Part shown: piece by piece, positions 12,961 through 26,013 of the stretch
How the letters are laid out: every line of letters begins with the position of its first letter
Position numbering within the stretch: the stretch's first letter is position 1
Origin: Octopus bimaculoides
Taxonomy: Eukaryota
Length of the DNA stretch: 64,000 bases
Assembly: GCF_001194135.2 (NCBI RefSeq)
Contig: NC_068989.1
Coordinates: 39,368,642-39,432,641 of the forward strand
Direction of reading: 5' to 3'
Translations under genes and position numbers: made by a program
The notes under the pieces: generated by a model
What the model saw: only the letters and a program-made list of their open reading frames with translations
Told to the model about the DNA's origin: nothing
The model's database searches: none

Positions 12961-13290
12961 TATTTCAATTAGTGAAGGTGAGTAGTTCCTGGTGCTGAGT
13001 GTATCCTTTAGTTCATGTAGTCGTGTGTCTCTGATGTTTGCATTAGAAACTATAGTACATATCCTTTTTGCTTGGTTGAGGGGGATATTCATTCTAGTAT
13101 GTCTGGGGTGGCATGAGTTGAATAGTAGATATTGCTTGGAGTCTGTGGGCTTATAGTATATATCTGTTTCTATTACGTTGTTAGATTTCTTAATGAAGAT
13201 GTTGAGGAAGGGAAGTTGTTGATGGTTATATTCTATCATGAATTGAATGTTTATGTCATGTCCATTTATAAGTGCTTGAAATTCTTTAAG
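12960..13290 (-). mobile_element. Penelope-like RT C-terminal (thumb) fragment
   Basis: NIQFMIEYNHQQLPFLNIFIKK…TDIYYKPTDSKQYLLFNSCHPRHTRMNIPLNQAKRICTIVS matches the PLE RT pattern LPFLD…VYRKPT…YL.F.S.HP. Confidence 0.85.
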
Positions 13291-14342
13291 TCTCTCTATA
13301 CTTTTCTTCTCCTCCTCCTCCTTCTTCTTCTCCTTCACCTTCTTTTCTTTCATCCCTGCCAAGAATTCACAACAACCTCGAACCCACAAGAGTAAACAAG
13401 AGAGACAGAGAATCAAGGAAAATGCCCCTTGTATTTGAATACTATGCAATATTCTTTTAAAAAACTTTTCTTTTAATTTTTCCAAAATTTAATTGTTTTT
13501 CATACTTGTCCACTCTATTGTATCTGTTTTGGCATCCATGCCAAAACAAATACAGTAGTCTAGGGCAGGCCAAGCTCCTGCCTGTCAAATCGTCCAACCC
13601 ATGCCAGCATGGAAGGAAGATGTTAAATGACGATGATGATGAGGATGATGATGATGATGATGATTACTCCTTCTTAATCAACCTTCTTGTATTATTGAGA
13701 GTACACCTTGATATCACATCTCTGACATCCTTTCTCCTGTTCTTGCTGGAGTAGCAATGTATTCCTTCCACAGCTGTACACTTGTTCCTGTCCCTCCGTC
13801 ATATTTTAGCCTCCCAACACCTAGCACAAAGCTACCTCATTTGATACTGTACTCTCACTATGTCAAGGGGCTCATATTGCAGTTTACTTGGTGACCTGAC
13901 TAATGTGGTGCCACAAAATAAGCACCAGCACACTCAGTAAAACGGTCGCTTTTAGGAAGGGAGCCCAATGCATTGCTGTAGCATAGTTCATCAGATCCTG
14001 TAGAACCATCCAACCCATAGCAGCATGGAATATAGATGTTAAATGATTATGATATATATATATACACACACACACATTAATTGGACATTAACCAGCTAAG
14101 ATATAAAATAAATACTTACTTTTCTTCAGACAGTAGAAGATTTAATGAAAACTGAGAAAATAATTACAGCAATATGTAATTAAATTTTAAATTGAGCAAT
14201 AAGCAGCTGAGATTTAGAATAAATACACACCTGAATATTTCAGCAGCTTAGGTTCAGAATTTAATGCTTAAGTTAGCTACCAGTATAATTATTAAAAATT
14301 ATGCAAATTGTAACTTTCAAATATCTGGAACTACCATATTTA

Positions 14343-14459
14343 GCACAGGTGAGGCTGTGTGGTAAGATGCTTGTGTCCCAACCACATGGTTCAGGTTTCA
14401 GTCCCACTGTGCGGCACCTTGGACATGGTAGACGGAAACTGAAAGAAGTCCATCGTATA
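14343..14459 (+). mobile_element. SINE family 1 head, interrupted by a mariner (tail at 15709-15932)
   Basis: The head ends …gaaactgaaagaagtccatcgtata immediately before the mariner TIR; the SINE 3' module resumes after the other TIR. Confidence 0.8.
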
Positions 14460-14461
14460 TA

Positions 14462-15705
14462 TTGGGTCATCCCATAAATAATTCGCGTTTTTTATACTTT
14501 TTTTAACTTTTCAAAATTAAGATAAACAAAGTTCTTTTTTAATCTAAAATATACTCTCCTTCATTTTCTACACTGCTCTTCCATATATCTGGTTGATTTG
14601 CAAGGCCCCTCTTCCACAATTCACTTGCCCATGACAAAAAATACTCCTCTAGTACTGTTTTGACCTCGTCTACAGAATTCATATTTTTTCTGTCCAAATG
14701 ATTTTGGAGACTGCAGAATAAATGACAATGTCTGGCAAATATGGTGGGTGGAGCATAATTTCCTATTCAAACTGTTCCAGCTTTTGGAATGTCATCCTCG
14801 CTGTATGTGGTCAAGCATTATCCTGATGGAAGAACACCTTTTGTCTTGAAACCAAAGATGGTCGTTTTTCTTCTATCACTGACTTAAGCCACTCAAGCTG
14901 CTTGCAGTAGATCTCCTTTGTTATCATTTAGTTTGGGTTTACAAGTTCAAAGTGGACTAAACCTTTCATATCCCACCAAACTGATAACAACACCTTACGT
15001 GGGTGAAGACCTTTAGCCTGAGGTGCCAGTGTTTCTCCTTTCCCTACTCACTGTCTTCAGCATTTTACATTTTTATAGAGAACTCATTTCTCATCACCAA
15101 TAACTATTCGGTCCCAAAAAGGTTCATTCATGAGATGTGACAGCAAAGAACAGCACACATTCACTCTTTGCATGTGATTAGACTCAGAAAGTTTGTGAGG
15201 AACTTATTGACTCAATTTGCTGACCTTTCCAACGGCATGCAGGTGTCAATGAATGGTTGAATGACCAAATCCAAGCTTCTCTGCTAGTTCTTCAACAGTT
15301 ATGATGGGATTTTGTTCCACCAGGTTTTGCAGGACATCCTCGTCAATTTCTACAGATCTTCCAAGATGAGGCTTGTCTTCAAGGCTGTAGTTTCCAGCTC
15401 AGAATTTCTGGAACCATTGTTGACACTGACTTATGCTTATTGTCTGATCCCCATATACTGCATTAATATTCCTTGCACTTTCCATTGCATTGTTGCCTTT
15501 ATTGAACTCATAAAACAAAATATGCCAAATATGCTTCTTTGTCACTTCCATTAGAGCTTTGAAAAAATAACTGTTAAAATCTAACTGCATCCTTCAAAAT
15601 TTGCACTAAAAATAAGAACAAAGTTGATGCAAATAGTTTATCCCATCCCCTCCAACTTTTAGTTCATGCAATTGAAAAACCCGTATTATTTATGGGATGA
15701 CCCAG
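14462..15705 (-). mobile_element. Tc1/mariner transposon, near full length, decayed
   Basis: TIRs TA|ttgggtcatcccataaataat (14462) and attatttatgggatgaccca (15685-15704). Minus ORF MEVTKKHIWHILFYEFNKGNNAMESARNINAVYGD…CQQWFQKF is a mariner N-terminal HTH. Confidence 0.92.
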
Positions 15706-15708
15706 AAG

Positions 15709-15932
15709 GTGTGTGTGTGTCTTTGTGTCTGTTTGTCACCCCCACTGCCACTTAACAATTGGTGCTGGTGTGTTTACATCCCCATAACTTAGCAGTTTGG
15801 CAAAAGACAATGATAGAGTAAGTACCAGGCTTTGAAAGATAAGTACTGAGGTTGATACATTTGACTAAAATTTCAAGGCGGTGCCCCAGCATGGCCATAT
15901 TCAAGTAACTGAAACAAAAAAAGATAAAAGAT
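15709..15932 (+). mobile_element. SINE family 1 3' module
   Basis: (GT)n then gtttgtcacccc…ggtgtgtttacatccccataacttagc…ggtgccccagcatggcc…gaaacaaaaaaag. Confidence 0.8.
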
Positions 15933-16164
15933 ATTTGTTGGGTTTATAAATCTATACATTTCCCAACGACAGGAGGATATGTACATGGCTTTAGTGGGTG
16001 ATTCTATGTAGATTCAAAATTAGAATAAGATCATTCACACTTTTTCTGTCGGTAGAAGAATATACAATAAACAGATATGTAAATATGTCTTTTTTTACAT
16101 ATTTGTCTTTGTACAGAGAAAGAGTGTTTTAATTCAATTAAGTTTGAATGTCACCATCATTATC

Positions 16165-16470
16165 ATCATTGTCATCATCATCATTTAATGTTTGTTTTCC
16201 ATACTTATATGGGTTAGACAGTTTGACTGGAGCTAGTAAGCCAGAGAGCTGCACCAGGTTCCAATCTGTTTTGGCTTGGTTTCTATGACTGGATGCCCTT
16301 CTTAATGCAAACCACTCTAGAGAGTGCACTGGATATCTTTTACATTTCACCAGCACAAGTGCCTTTTACAGGTCACTGGCACAGGTGCCTTTTATGTGCC
16401 ACCAGCACTGGGTACACCCACAATTTCTCTAAGCTTGATGTGTCTTCTCAAGCACAGCAAATTGCCAGAA
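16165..16470 (-). mobile_element. SINE family 2 copy
   Basis: catcatcatcatttaatgtttgttttccat…gactggatgcccttcttaatgcaaacc…caccagcac, homologous to 62320-62640. Confidence 0.7.
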
Positions 16471-17958
16471 GTCTCAATCATTTGTTATCGCCTATGTGAG
16501 ACTCAGCAACGAATGTGATACTAAAGATTCAAATGTCTGGATGGTAACCTCAAAGTAGCTGATGACTTCTACTACCTAAGTGGCATGATCAGCAGTGGAA
16601 ACAACCAAAGAATGGCAGATTGTGTAATATTAAGACATGAGCCTTCAATGCAGATTTGTGAAGTCAAGAAAGAAAAAAGCAAGCAAGCTTCATCGTATGA
16701 CTAATGTTAGTGTACATGAAGGACAGAGCATAAATAAGCTGAGAGAATGATTAGATACAGGAAGAATTTGATAAAGTGTACAAGAGAGAAGACTGTGCTG
16801 GTGTGTTCATGCGATGCATCATATAGAGAATGTGAATTGTATAAAGAAGAGTCCAGCTTTTATAGTGAATGAACTCTGAGGAAGACTGAAACTGAAGAAG
16901 AATAGGAACAAAGTAGTGAAAACTGATTCCATGATGTTATATCTCATGAAGGTGGTGGTGGTGGTTGGCAACATGCTTCACTGAAGAAACACTTGACTAT
17001 CATGCAAGAATGGCAAACGAATTATAGAATCTGGTCAAGGATGGAGGCATGATATATTTCTACATCCAAGCCTCAGGTGAATTTTGTACCTGCTAAGTTT
17101 CTATCTGCTATCCCTATTACCTATTCAAGACTCTCTCATCTTTACTATTCCCCTTTGCTATAAGGTAGAGAGGTGCAGATAGTACCTCTCAACTTTACAC
17201 TTACATCATTATGCCTGATAAGCATAACGATATCTGATACGTACCCCTCCAGCCCATAACCCTCCACCTCCCACTGCAGTCTTTCATTATTGATTTCCAT
17301 TACACTCTCTTACCACCAACTATTTCTATGCCTATCCATCTCTCTCTCTCTATCTATCTATCTCTCTCCCCCCCTCTCTCTCTCTCTCTCCAGAGAGCTT
17401 CCTTTAGTGTTTCCCTCCCATGTCCTTCTGCTATTACTTCCCCTCTATCTCATTACAGCCCACCATAACTATTTCATCAAATTCTCTCACCTATTTCACA
17501 CTGCCACTCAATCATTGTTTTCCCCTTCATACTCGTACATCTTCCTCCATCTCATTCAAGTCCATCTTCTACAAATGCCACCGCCCACGACACTCTCTTG
17601 TACTCACTCTATGGTCACATTGCCCAAACAACACTATGAGTTTTTTGTCTTGTACGGTACAATTTATCACTAGTGTTGGTACTTTTATAAAATGTACCCA
17701 ATACACTCGGTAATGCAATTGAAAAAACCCTTTAGTTTTGTTGAGGACATGATATCCTCTCTAGTATTGTTGCCATAACAAAAATGTTTCCAGCATATAC
17801 TGCATAGTTGTTGATGTTAGGAAAAACATGATCAATTTGTATCATATTTCCATACCAACATGGCCATTTTTTATGCAAACTTTGATATATCTAATGCCCA
17901 GTCATTCTCAGAAGCTTGATTGTATTCTGCCACTAACTCTGGTTAATATATATCTAAA

Positions 17959-18150
17959 GAAGACGGCAAGCTGGCAGAATCATTGGCATGCTGGTTTAAA
18001 TGCTTAGCAGCATTTCATTTGTTTTTAGGTTCCGTGTTCAAATTTCCCCAAGGTTGACTTTGTCCTTCATCTGATAAAATGAGTATCAGTTGAACTCAAC
18101 TTACCCCTCACCTGAAATTGCTGGCTTTGTGTAAAAATTTGGAACCAATA
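17959..18150 (+). mobile_element. SINE family 3 copy
   Basis: agacggcaagctggcagaatc…gtgttcaaattt…gttgactttgtccttcat…gaaattgctggctttgtg. Confidence 0.7.
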
Positions 18151-18370
18151 TTATATATCTAAGGAATTGTGTTTCCTTCATTTCTCTTTACAGTTCTGTC
18201 TGAGTTAATGCCTACATCTCACTACTACAAAGGTTCACATTTCACATCAGGCTTTGCACAGCCTGTCTTTCACAAAACAAGGCTTTTAAAACTGGGTTTA
18301 TATGCTTTCTACACCCATTAACATTTACACTTACATTTGTAAAATATGTAAATTCCACATAAAATTTTGC

Positions 18371-18411
<41 letters not shown>

Positions 18412-18644
18412 ATTGTTCAATTATATCATGTGGATTATCTAATGTAGCTCTATAATCATTTTGATAATGTCTATTGGCAACTGGAATTGTTGATATCTTA
18501 CATAGGCAAAAAGATGGAATTTTGGGACAGTGATTGCCAAGCAAGCAGAGTACACAGAGTCAGGATAAGAGACCCCTTTAGTCCAGTTTCATCAAGGACA
18601 TCATGAAGTCTGTAGTGACACTACTATACTAGAATGTACCCAGC

Positions 18645-18877
18645 TGCGAACTGGCAGAAACATTAGCACGCCAGGTGAAATGCTTAGCGGTATTTCGTCT
18701 GCCACTATGTTCTGAGTTCAAATTCTGCTGAGGTTGACTTTGCCCTCCATCCCTTCGGGGTCAATTAAATAAGTACCAGTTACGCACTAGGGTCAATATA
18801 ATCGACTTAATCTGTTTGTCTGTCCTTGTTTGTCCCCTCTGTGTCTAACCCCTTGTGGGCAGTAAAGAAATAAGAAT
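18645..18877 (+). mobile_element. SINE family 3 copy, well preserved
   Basis: gcgaactggcagaaacattagcacgccaggtgaaatgcttagcggtatttcgtctgcc…ttctgagttcaaattctgctgaggttgac, with A/B-box-like motifs. Confidence 0.8.
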
Positions 18878-19362
18878 GTACCCAGTATTCTCTGACATCC
18901 TGACATAGAAACCAAGCCAAAATAGAATGTGTGAGCACCAGTCTACACATGCCATTGCTTCCAGTAAAAACTGACTTAGAAATTAACAACCCATCCAACT
19001 CATGCTAGCATAGAAAGCAGACATAAAAGATGATGGTAATATAAATCTGAAAACATATACTTTTAGTTTAAAGGAAAATGTATTCCAGTATAGAACTTTA
19101 CATCCATAGACTTCAAGTGCAGGTTTTGCAAAAATTCAGAAGCTTGATTGGATAAAAATCTTTGCCAAAAGCAAAGTAGATGAACAGATAAAGCTCCAAC
19201 TTAACTGAGTGTAAGCTTATGTTCTATTGTTTGCATTGTTTTGTGTAATCAGGCACACTCTTAACTTTACTTGCTTAAAGATTCATGTATAGCTTTTATT
19301 TAAATGTCAAAAACATTCTTGCATTCTGTTTTTGTATTTATATTCTTTTTCATTTTCTTCAG

Positions 19363-19530
19363 CATAAATCCAGAAATCTTCTCCATCGTCTTGAAAAGTG
19401 CCATTAAAACAGGGTCATCAGAAATATGGAAATATCTTTGGGATGTTTATTCAGAATCAACTAATCCACTTTTAAAGACAAAAATTTTATTGGCTCTTGG
19501 TCATACACCAAATAGTGAAGATTTAAGCAG
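19363..19530 (+). CDS. M1 aminopeptidase (APN/ERAP1-like C-terminal domain), 4th-from-last coding exon (168 nt, phase 2-2)
   Basis: Acceptor ttttcattttcttcag, donor AG|gtgagt. Peptide INPEIFSIVLKSAIKTGSSEIWKYLWDVYSESTNPLLKTKILLALGHTPNSEDLSR aligns without gaps to recalled human APN [29 protein letters not shown]…KLRAALACSKELWILNR. Confidence 0.92.
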
Positions 19531-22500
19531 GTGAGTATCATCCTTAGAAAATCCACAATTGCATTTTGTGGCTTAAAAGAATAATTCTAAAAATATTAGA
19601 ACTCTACCACTGACTCTGAACAAAAATCAATAAAGACATGAATCTAATCTTGTTCTTTGTAGATGCTTCTTCAAGTAAGATAACCAGAAACATTTTACAG
19701 TTTAATGAGAGTGTGAAATTAGAAATTATCATTAAATGAAAATACAAATATTAAAAAAAATTCACCAAAAGAAACCTTAATTTCATTCTTTTTTTCTTTT
19801 TTTGTTTCCAATTTTCTACTCAAGAAGTGTATATTTATACATATTATTAATTTTACTTCTAATTATAAATCAATTAAAAATCACACCAAAATGTAGTTCA
19901 GCATCTAGTTTGTTGGACTGCTTTAATTTTCTTATATAAGCATTATAAGCTTTAGATTTGTTGAAGATGAATAATGTGATATTACAGCGAACATGCCTTT
20001 TTCAAAGGTAGTTAGAAGTAAGATGACCAAACAATACAACTGAAACAAAATTTACAAATTCAGTTAGCTAACAATTTAACTTTTCATTATAATACTTAGT
20101 GCTTAGACAGGTGAATAGGCACCTATGTAGGTATGTGCATCTATGAAGGCAACATTGCATATGCACACATACACATGAGTGAGTGCACTCATGCAAATTC
20201 AGGGAAGAGTATGTAGAAAATGCCAAGTATATATTTCTATTGACAAATTACTCTATTATAATTTGTTGTAGTTTATCTATTAATGTGCTAAACCTTGTAA
20301 TTTAGTGGAAATGAATGAAAGCCATTTTTCAATAGAAAAGATCAAATTCTTTAGCTCTGTTCATGTTTCCAAGCACAAAGAGAAGCCATTCCAAAATATA
20401 TCTAATAATGATTGTTACACCGCTTGAATGTTGTATTCAATTTAGCTTATGTATATGAAAACTTACAATACTAGTTAGTCTCTTTAACCAGGGCATTAAA
20501 CTGAATTAATCACCCAGAATCATTAAATCGATGGCTGGCCCCACTTTCTTTATAGAAACATATTTAGCCTCTTCATACACATATCAGACTTTAACAATAA
20601 AAACTCAAATACTGAGTAGAAATTTAATCAGAGGAATGGAGATTGCTCTAGAAGGTTAGGAACAGGCCAGAGATTACAAGATTTAAAAAAAACGGGTATA
20701 TTTACTAAAAAATTAAAGTAAAAAGAATAAGACATCATGTGGGTCAAAATTTTTTTCATACATATAATATCACAATGAAATAATTTTTCTTACTGACCTG
20801 GGTTTAGACGACAACAACAGTCAGTGTAGACTACCACTAGCTTACTTCTTCTGGAGACTGTCTTTACACTAGCAATAACCAGATTTACCAGTACAATAAC
20901 TGATTGATACATATAAAATACTTACAAAGATTAGGAAGCAAATATTGAACTAATTTTATAATTGGGTATTGAATGGCATTGTAAAAAGGAAAAAATAATA
21001 ATTTGAAGTAGCATGCAAAAACAATAACACTTTGACACATGGTATTCTTAGTTGTTTTTATAAGAGACAGATTTAATTTCAAAATGCTACTGGAAGGAAA
21101 GTGAATGCTATTTAAAAAAAAAAATTTAATGTTTAATTTTCTCTCTATTAAACAACTGTGAAACTCCTAATCTTTTCTATCTCAAATATTACAAATCAAA
21201 CAGACTCACTCCTTGGAAACAATGAAATCAGGTTTAACTATTGACAATTTAGTGTGGAGCCTGTAAGTCTGAAACTGCAAATGTGTGTGTGTGGTGTGTA
21301 TGTATATATACACATGCAAGCTACTATAAGTTTCATGCCTCAGAAAATACAATAATTGGACGAGCTTGTGGAGTGTGCTGTGTACTCTTGGGGGGCGAAT
21401 GATTGCCTGATAGCACATGGCATGCTATACAAGGTTGGCCAACTATTGTATATTCAGAGTCATAAAACTTAAAATAGATTGCATTTAAGTCTTGTGTATA
21501 TTAAATGATATTTATCTCATGCTGGATGAAGTACTTTTTGCCGATTCCATCAATAACTGAATAGTATACCATATTATATATACATGTATATGTGTGCAAG
21601 TGGATAAGGGCAGTATGGCCAACTGGTTAAGAAATTTGCCTTACACTCATGAGGTCTCAGTTTCAATCCCCCTGTGCACTACCTCACACAAATATCATTT
21701 TTGACAGCCATAAGTCGAGTCCCAGAATTTGTAGATGAAATTAGATAAATCAAAACTGTGTAGAAGCCCATTTGATGGACTGCACCTGTAATTCTAAAGT
21801 CTGGTTTTGTCACACTATGTACTACTGAGTCTACCAGAGAATTACATTAAGAGTACATGCAATTGTTGAATACTTTGTCACTTATGTGTTTATTCAATGA
21901 ACTAAGTAGTTCAACTGGGCAAACAGCTGAAAACTCACAGCTGGAAATTCTGACCAAATTCCGTTATGTGTGGGAGTGGTTACACATACACATATTTATC
22001 AATTGACACATACAAAGAGAATGTAAGAGATTGCTAACATTTTAGGTGAAATTACAGCATATGTAGTGAATTGACAGAGTTGTTACAACTTTGGACAAAA
22101 TGTCATATGTTATATGTTTTGGTGCTTTGCATTCTAGTTTCAAACCCCACCAAGATCAACTTTGCTTTTCATCCTTCCTGGGGTGGTAACTTTAGCATCA
22201 ATGGAAGTTGTGAAAGCCATTTTTCAATAGACACCTATAGTTGTGTGGTTAGGAAGTTTACTTCTCAACTACATGTTTTGGGGTTCAGTCCTACTGAATG
22301 TCACTTTAAGCAAGTGTTTTCTACTAAACATTTGGGCTAACCAGGATGGTGGACAGATGAAAAAGTTATGATGTTGGACAGAATCCTTTGCAGTATTTTT
22401 TCTAGATCTTTGCACTTTTGAGTTCAAACTCTCCAGGTCTCTGAGTGCTTTAACAAAGTCTACTCTATTGCAAGCGGTTGTGTTAAATCTCTGGTTTGAG

Positions 22501-22747
22501 ATTGACTTTCTCCCTCTCTACCACCAGTCTCATAAGCCTTATGAAGGATCATTGGCACTGAACTTTTCTCCTGTAGAACAGGTGTATAAACAAAATGTAA
22601 AAAAAGTTTGTTTTTTTAATTACTATTTAATTATGCACTTACCTCCTTTTATACTAAACATTTTGAAACTCACTTAGTATTTAGACAAACACCCTCTGCA
22701 AAATCAATAATTTTGTGTTTTTAATCTGTGTGTATTTTCTTTTTCAG

Positions 22748-22888
22748 ATTACTGGTTTATGCGATGGACAAAGACAAAATCAGAACTCAAGATCTTTCTT
22801 TAGTTTTCTCATCAGTGTCAGATTCTGTGGCAGGAAGATTACTTGCATGGCGGTTTATAGAACTGCACTGGGATGAACTTACTGAAAG
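22748..22888 (+). CDS. M1 aminopeptidase exon (141 nt, phase 2-2)
   Basis: Acceptor gtattttctttttcag, donor AAG|gtcagt. Peptide LLVYAMDKDKIRTQDLSLVFSSVSDSVAGRLLAWRFIELHWDELTER carries the IR.QD…G..L.W.F…W motif. Confidence 0.93.
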
Positions 22889-23218
22889 GTCAGTTGCATT
22901 TTATTATTTGGCATTTACATGATAGAAAGGAATTTACAAAGGAAACAAATTTGGTAATATCTTGGCAATCCTAGGAGACATGAACATTGGTAGAAGAGAA
23001 TGTCACTTTTCGTTATCTTTGCATACCCCTTTTACATCAGGTTATCCATCAATGTAATTGTTGAGATATTTGTTTTATTTCTGTGAAATTTTAAATAATT
23101 AGAAGTGTTTTTAAAAGTGTTTTTCACACAGACAGATATCAATATTTTCTAACACTGTTCAGTGAAAGTGAATGGTTATTACTCTTTTCACTTAAGCAAA
23201 AGCTGATATTTCAAATTT

Positions 23219-23378
23219 CAGCACAAGGCCAGCAATTTCTCAACTGGTACTTATTATATCAATCCTGAAAGGATGAAAAGCAAAGTGGACCTTGACAAAA
23301 TTTGAATTCAGAATGTGAAAATGGACAAAATGGTGCTACACATTTTGCCTGGCATGCTTACAATACTGCCAGCTCACT
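23219..23378 (-). mobile_element. SINE family 3 copy
   Basis: Reverse complement of the family 3 head (…cttgacaaaatttgaattcagaat…ctgccagctcac). Confidence 0.7.
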
Positions 23379-24613
23379 GATGACCTTACAAACATTAGAT
23401 AAAAATACTCTAATCTCAAAACTGGGGTTTCTCAGCAGTCTAAGTTCTCTTCACTCCCCATAATTGATCTTTACCCAACACAACTGAATAGTTCTTGACC
23501 TCCTACACCACACCCTCTTCTGACTTTCTCTTGAAAGAGGCTCACATTGGTCTCTACCTGGAATTGCATTGTATGGGAATCCTGACTCTCTTCTGTTATC
23601 CTATGCCAATGGTATCTTGTTGTCAGCTATAGAATAGCAAAGATTTTCAAATCATAAAATAACTCACTGTTGCACATTAATTATTTAGAAACAAGCTGAA
23701 GATGCCTGATATTGAACAATGCTGTGAGTATAATCTGTGTAAAATAAACAAAATATGAAGATAAATATAAAGATTTATCAAACATAATAAATGTTACATT
23801 TAAATGACAGTGCTTTCTCTCTGCATAAACAGTGCAGTAACTGTTCAAAACGTACAAGGTGGCTCAAACATTATGTGACCATTTAATATATATGTATATA
23901 TTAAACCATCTGGGGCCACTCTGTAGAAATGTATATGCAATATAGATATATTCCAAAAAGGAAATAAAAATGCTGAGTCACCTTGATTGTAATTAATGAA
24001 ATTTCTTTGTTTATGACATGCTATTGCTATGTGGAGGAATTTGTGGATCAGTATTGTACTAAGTTAAGATTTATAGCATTGACAGAGACAGAAAGAAAGA
24101 AAGAGAGAGAGAGAGCACATTTTATTTAATATCTAAAGACGATATAAAATGGCATGCAAAATGTTTATTATCACATTTTGAATGTATTTTAGATGTCTCT
24201 ACAATATGTGAAAATTCTAGCTGAACAAGATTGCAGAAAAGCCCAGAATGTTTGATTTCTAAAACATATTGGTGGGATATATTTTGCTTATTATTATCAT
24301 CATTAGTCAACAAGTTAAACAATTGGCTACTTGACCAATTGTACAATTAGCTAGCCAGTTTGTAGTTGTACAGAACTGGAATGATGAACCAATGAACTGA
24401 CTGATTAGCTAAGTGATCAATTAATTAGTAAGTTGAATAATAATAATAACAATAATAATAATAATAATAAAAACAATAATAAAGAAACAAAATAAAATAA
24501 AACCAGTGCATATTTTTTCAATGGCAATCTGATTCTACCAAAATACAACATTTATTTGAGCATGATTTCACATCAAGAATCTTGCAAAACAATCTCAAAA
24601 TGAAATTTGATCT

Positions 24614-24896
24614 GTTCTATATTTAAGAGATAAGGAATTATGTACATTATTTACATTATTAACCACTAAGAATGCGGGCTACTGACCCCAAGATTCCGAG
24701 TTCGATTCCAAGCAGTGACCTGAACAATAATAATAATAATAATAATAACAACATCAAAAATACCTTAGGAATGAGAACCCAGGTTCGAAATTTCCCCAAG
24801 ACACCTGAAAAGGGCTGGAGATTATTTCAGCCGAAATGTTGTGTTAACAACAAACAAGACGAGGACAAGTATCCGTCGAATATAAATAATGTAAAC
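24614..24896 (+). mobile_element. tRNA-head/(AAT)n/hammerhead-tail element with an inverted 44-bp 3' end, flanked by a 15-bp direct repeat
   Basis: aatgaaatttgatct occurs at 24599-24613 and 24897-24911. 24614-24657 is the reverse complement of the element's 3' end (cf. 61102-61145). Head …gggctactgaccccaagattccgagttcgattcc. The HHR core at 24800-24845 is mutated (CUGAAAA). Confidence 0.85.
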
Positions 24897-25788
24897 AATG
24901 AAATTTGATCTATTTGTTAGAAAATACAAAGGTGGCTGTTATATATGTTGATAACAGCTCCAGTATCTCAAATTATAATGGATTTTTGGAGAATTTTATA
25001 GTGTTTTATTCTTAGTTAATCTTATGTAACTCTTTCATAAATTTAGAAAATATAGAAATATATATATATTACATACATGCATGTATGTTATCATTACTTT
25101 TGCTTCTGCTTTTCTCTACCAGCGTGGGTCATTTTCAGTCTGTACTATATAGCTGGAAGCCTTTTCTGACGACACTTTGAGTAACCTCTTTTTACATAGG
25201 AATGCAGTATACCTGTTCTAAAAACTAGACTAGGACCAGGGCCATAGGTAAACCCCTGCAACCCCTGCAATTGCAGGGGGCCTCCACAGTTGAGGGGTCC
25301 TATGTTAAGATCAAAGTACATAGATGAGCCATCTATTTATTTTGGTTAAGATGTTAACTGAAAATTTCAAGCCAGACGAGGAAAAAAAATATGAGGGTGT
25401 ACTGTAAATGAATTTAAAAGAAACGAAAACAGAAAATGAAAATGCTTGTCAACGAATTCCCTAGGAAGATAAAAGAAAAACAAAAGAAATCCAAAACAAT
25501 GAAAATAAGAACAACTTCAACAGAAAAGACAAGAAAAAGAAGCAATGGTGATGAAAGGTGGGGATGTATACTTATACAAACATACATACAAACATACACA
25601 CATAAGCATACATACACACATTCATGCATACAAACAAATGCACACACACACACACACACACTCACGCATATATATATATGACTGGCTTTTTTTCTGTTTC
25701 CATCTACCAAATCCATACACAAGGCTTTGACCAGCTTGGGTCAATAGATGGATGGATGTATACCAAACACACACACACATCTCTTAGA

Positions 25789-25824
<36 letters not shown>

Positions 25825-25976
25825 GTATATATATTTGGCATTGTTATTTGACGTTGAAAAGCTGGTCACTTTGTATCCAGAACAGTGGCCTTTGACCTCC
25901 AAAGGCAATAAAAACTGGGGGATAAAATTCTTTCTGTACTAAAAATAAGGTCTGCACGCGCGCATGCACACACACG

Positions 25977-26013
<37 letters not shown>

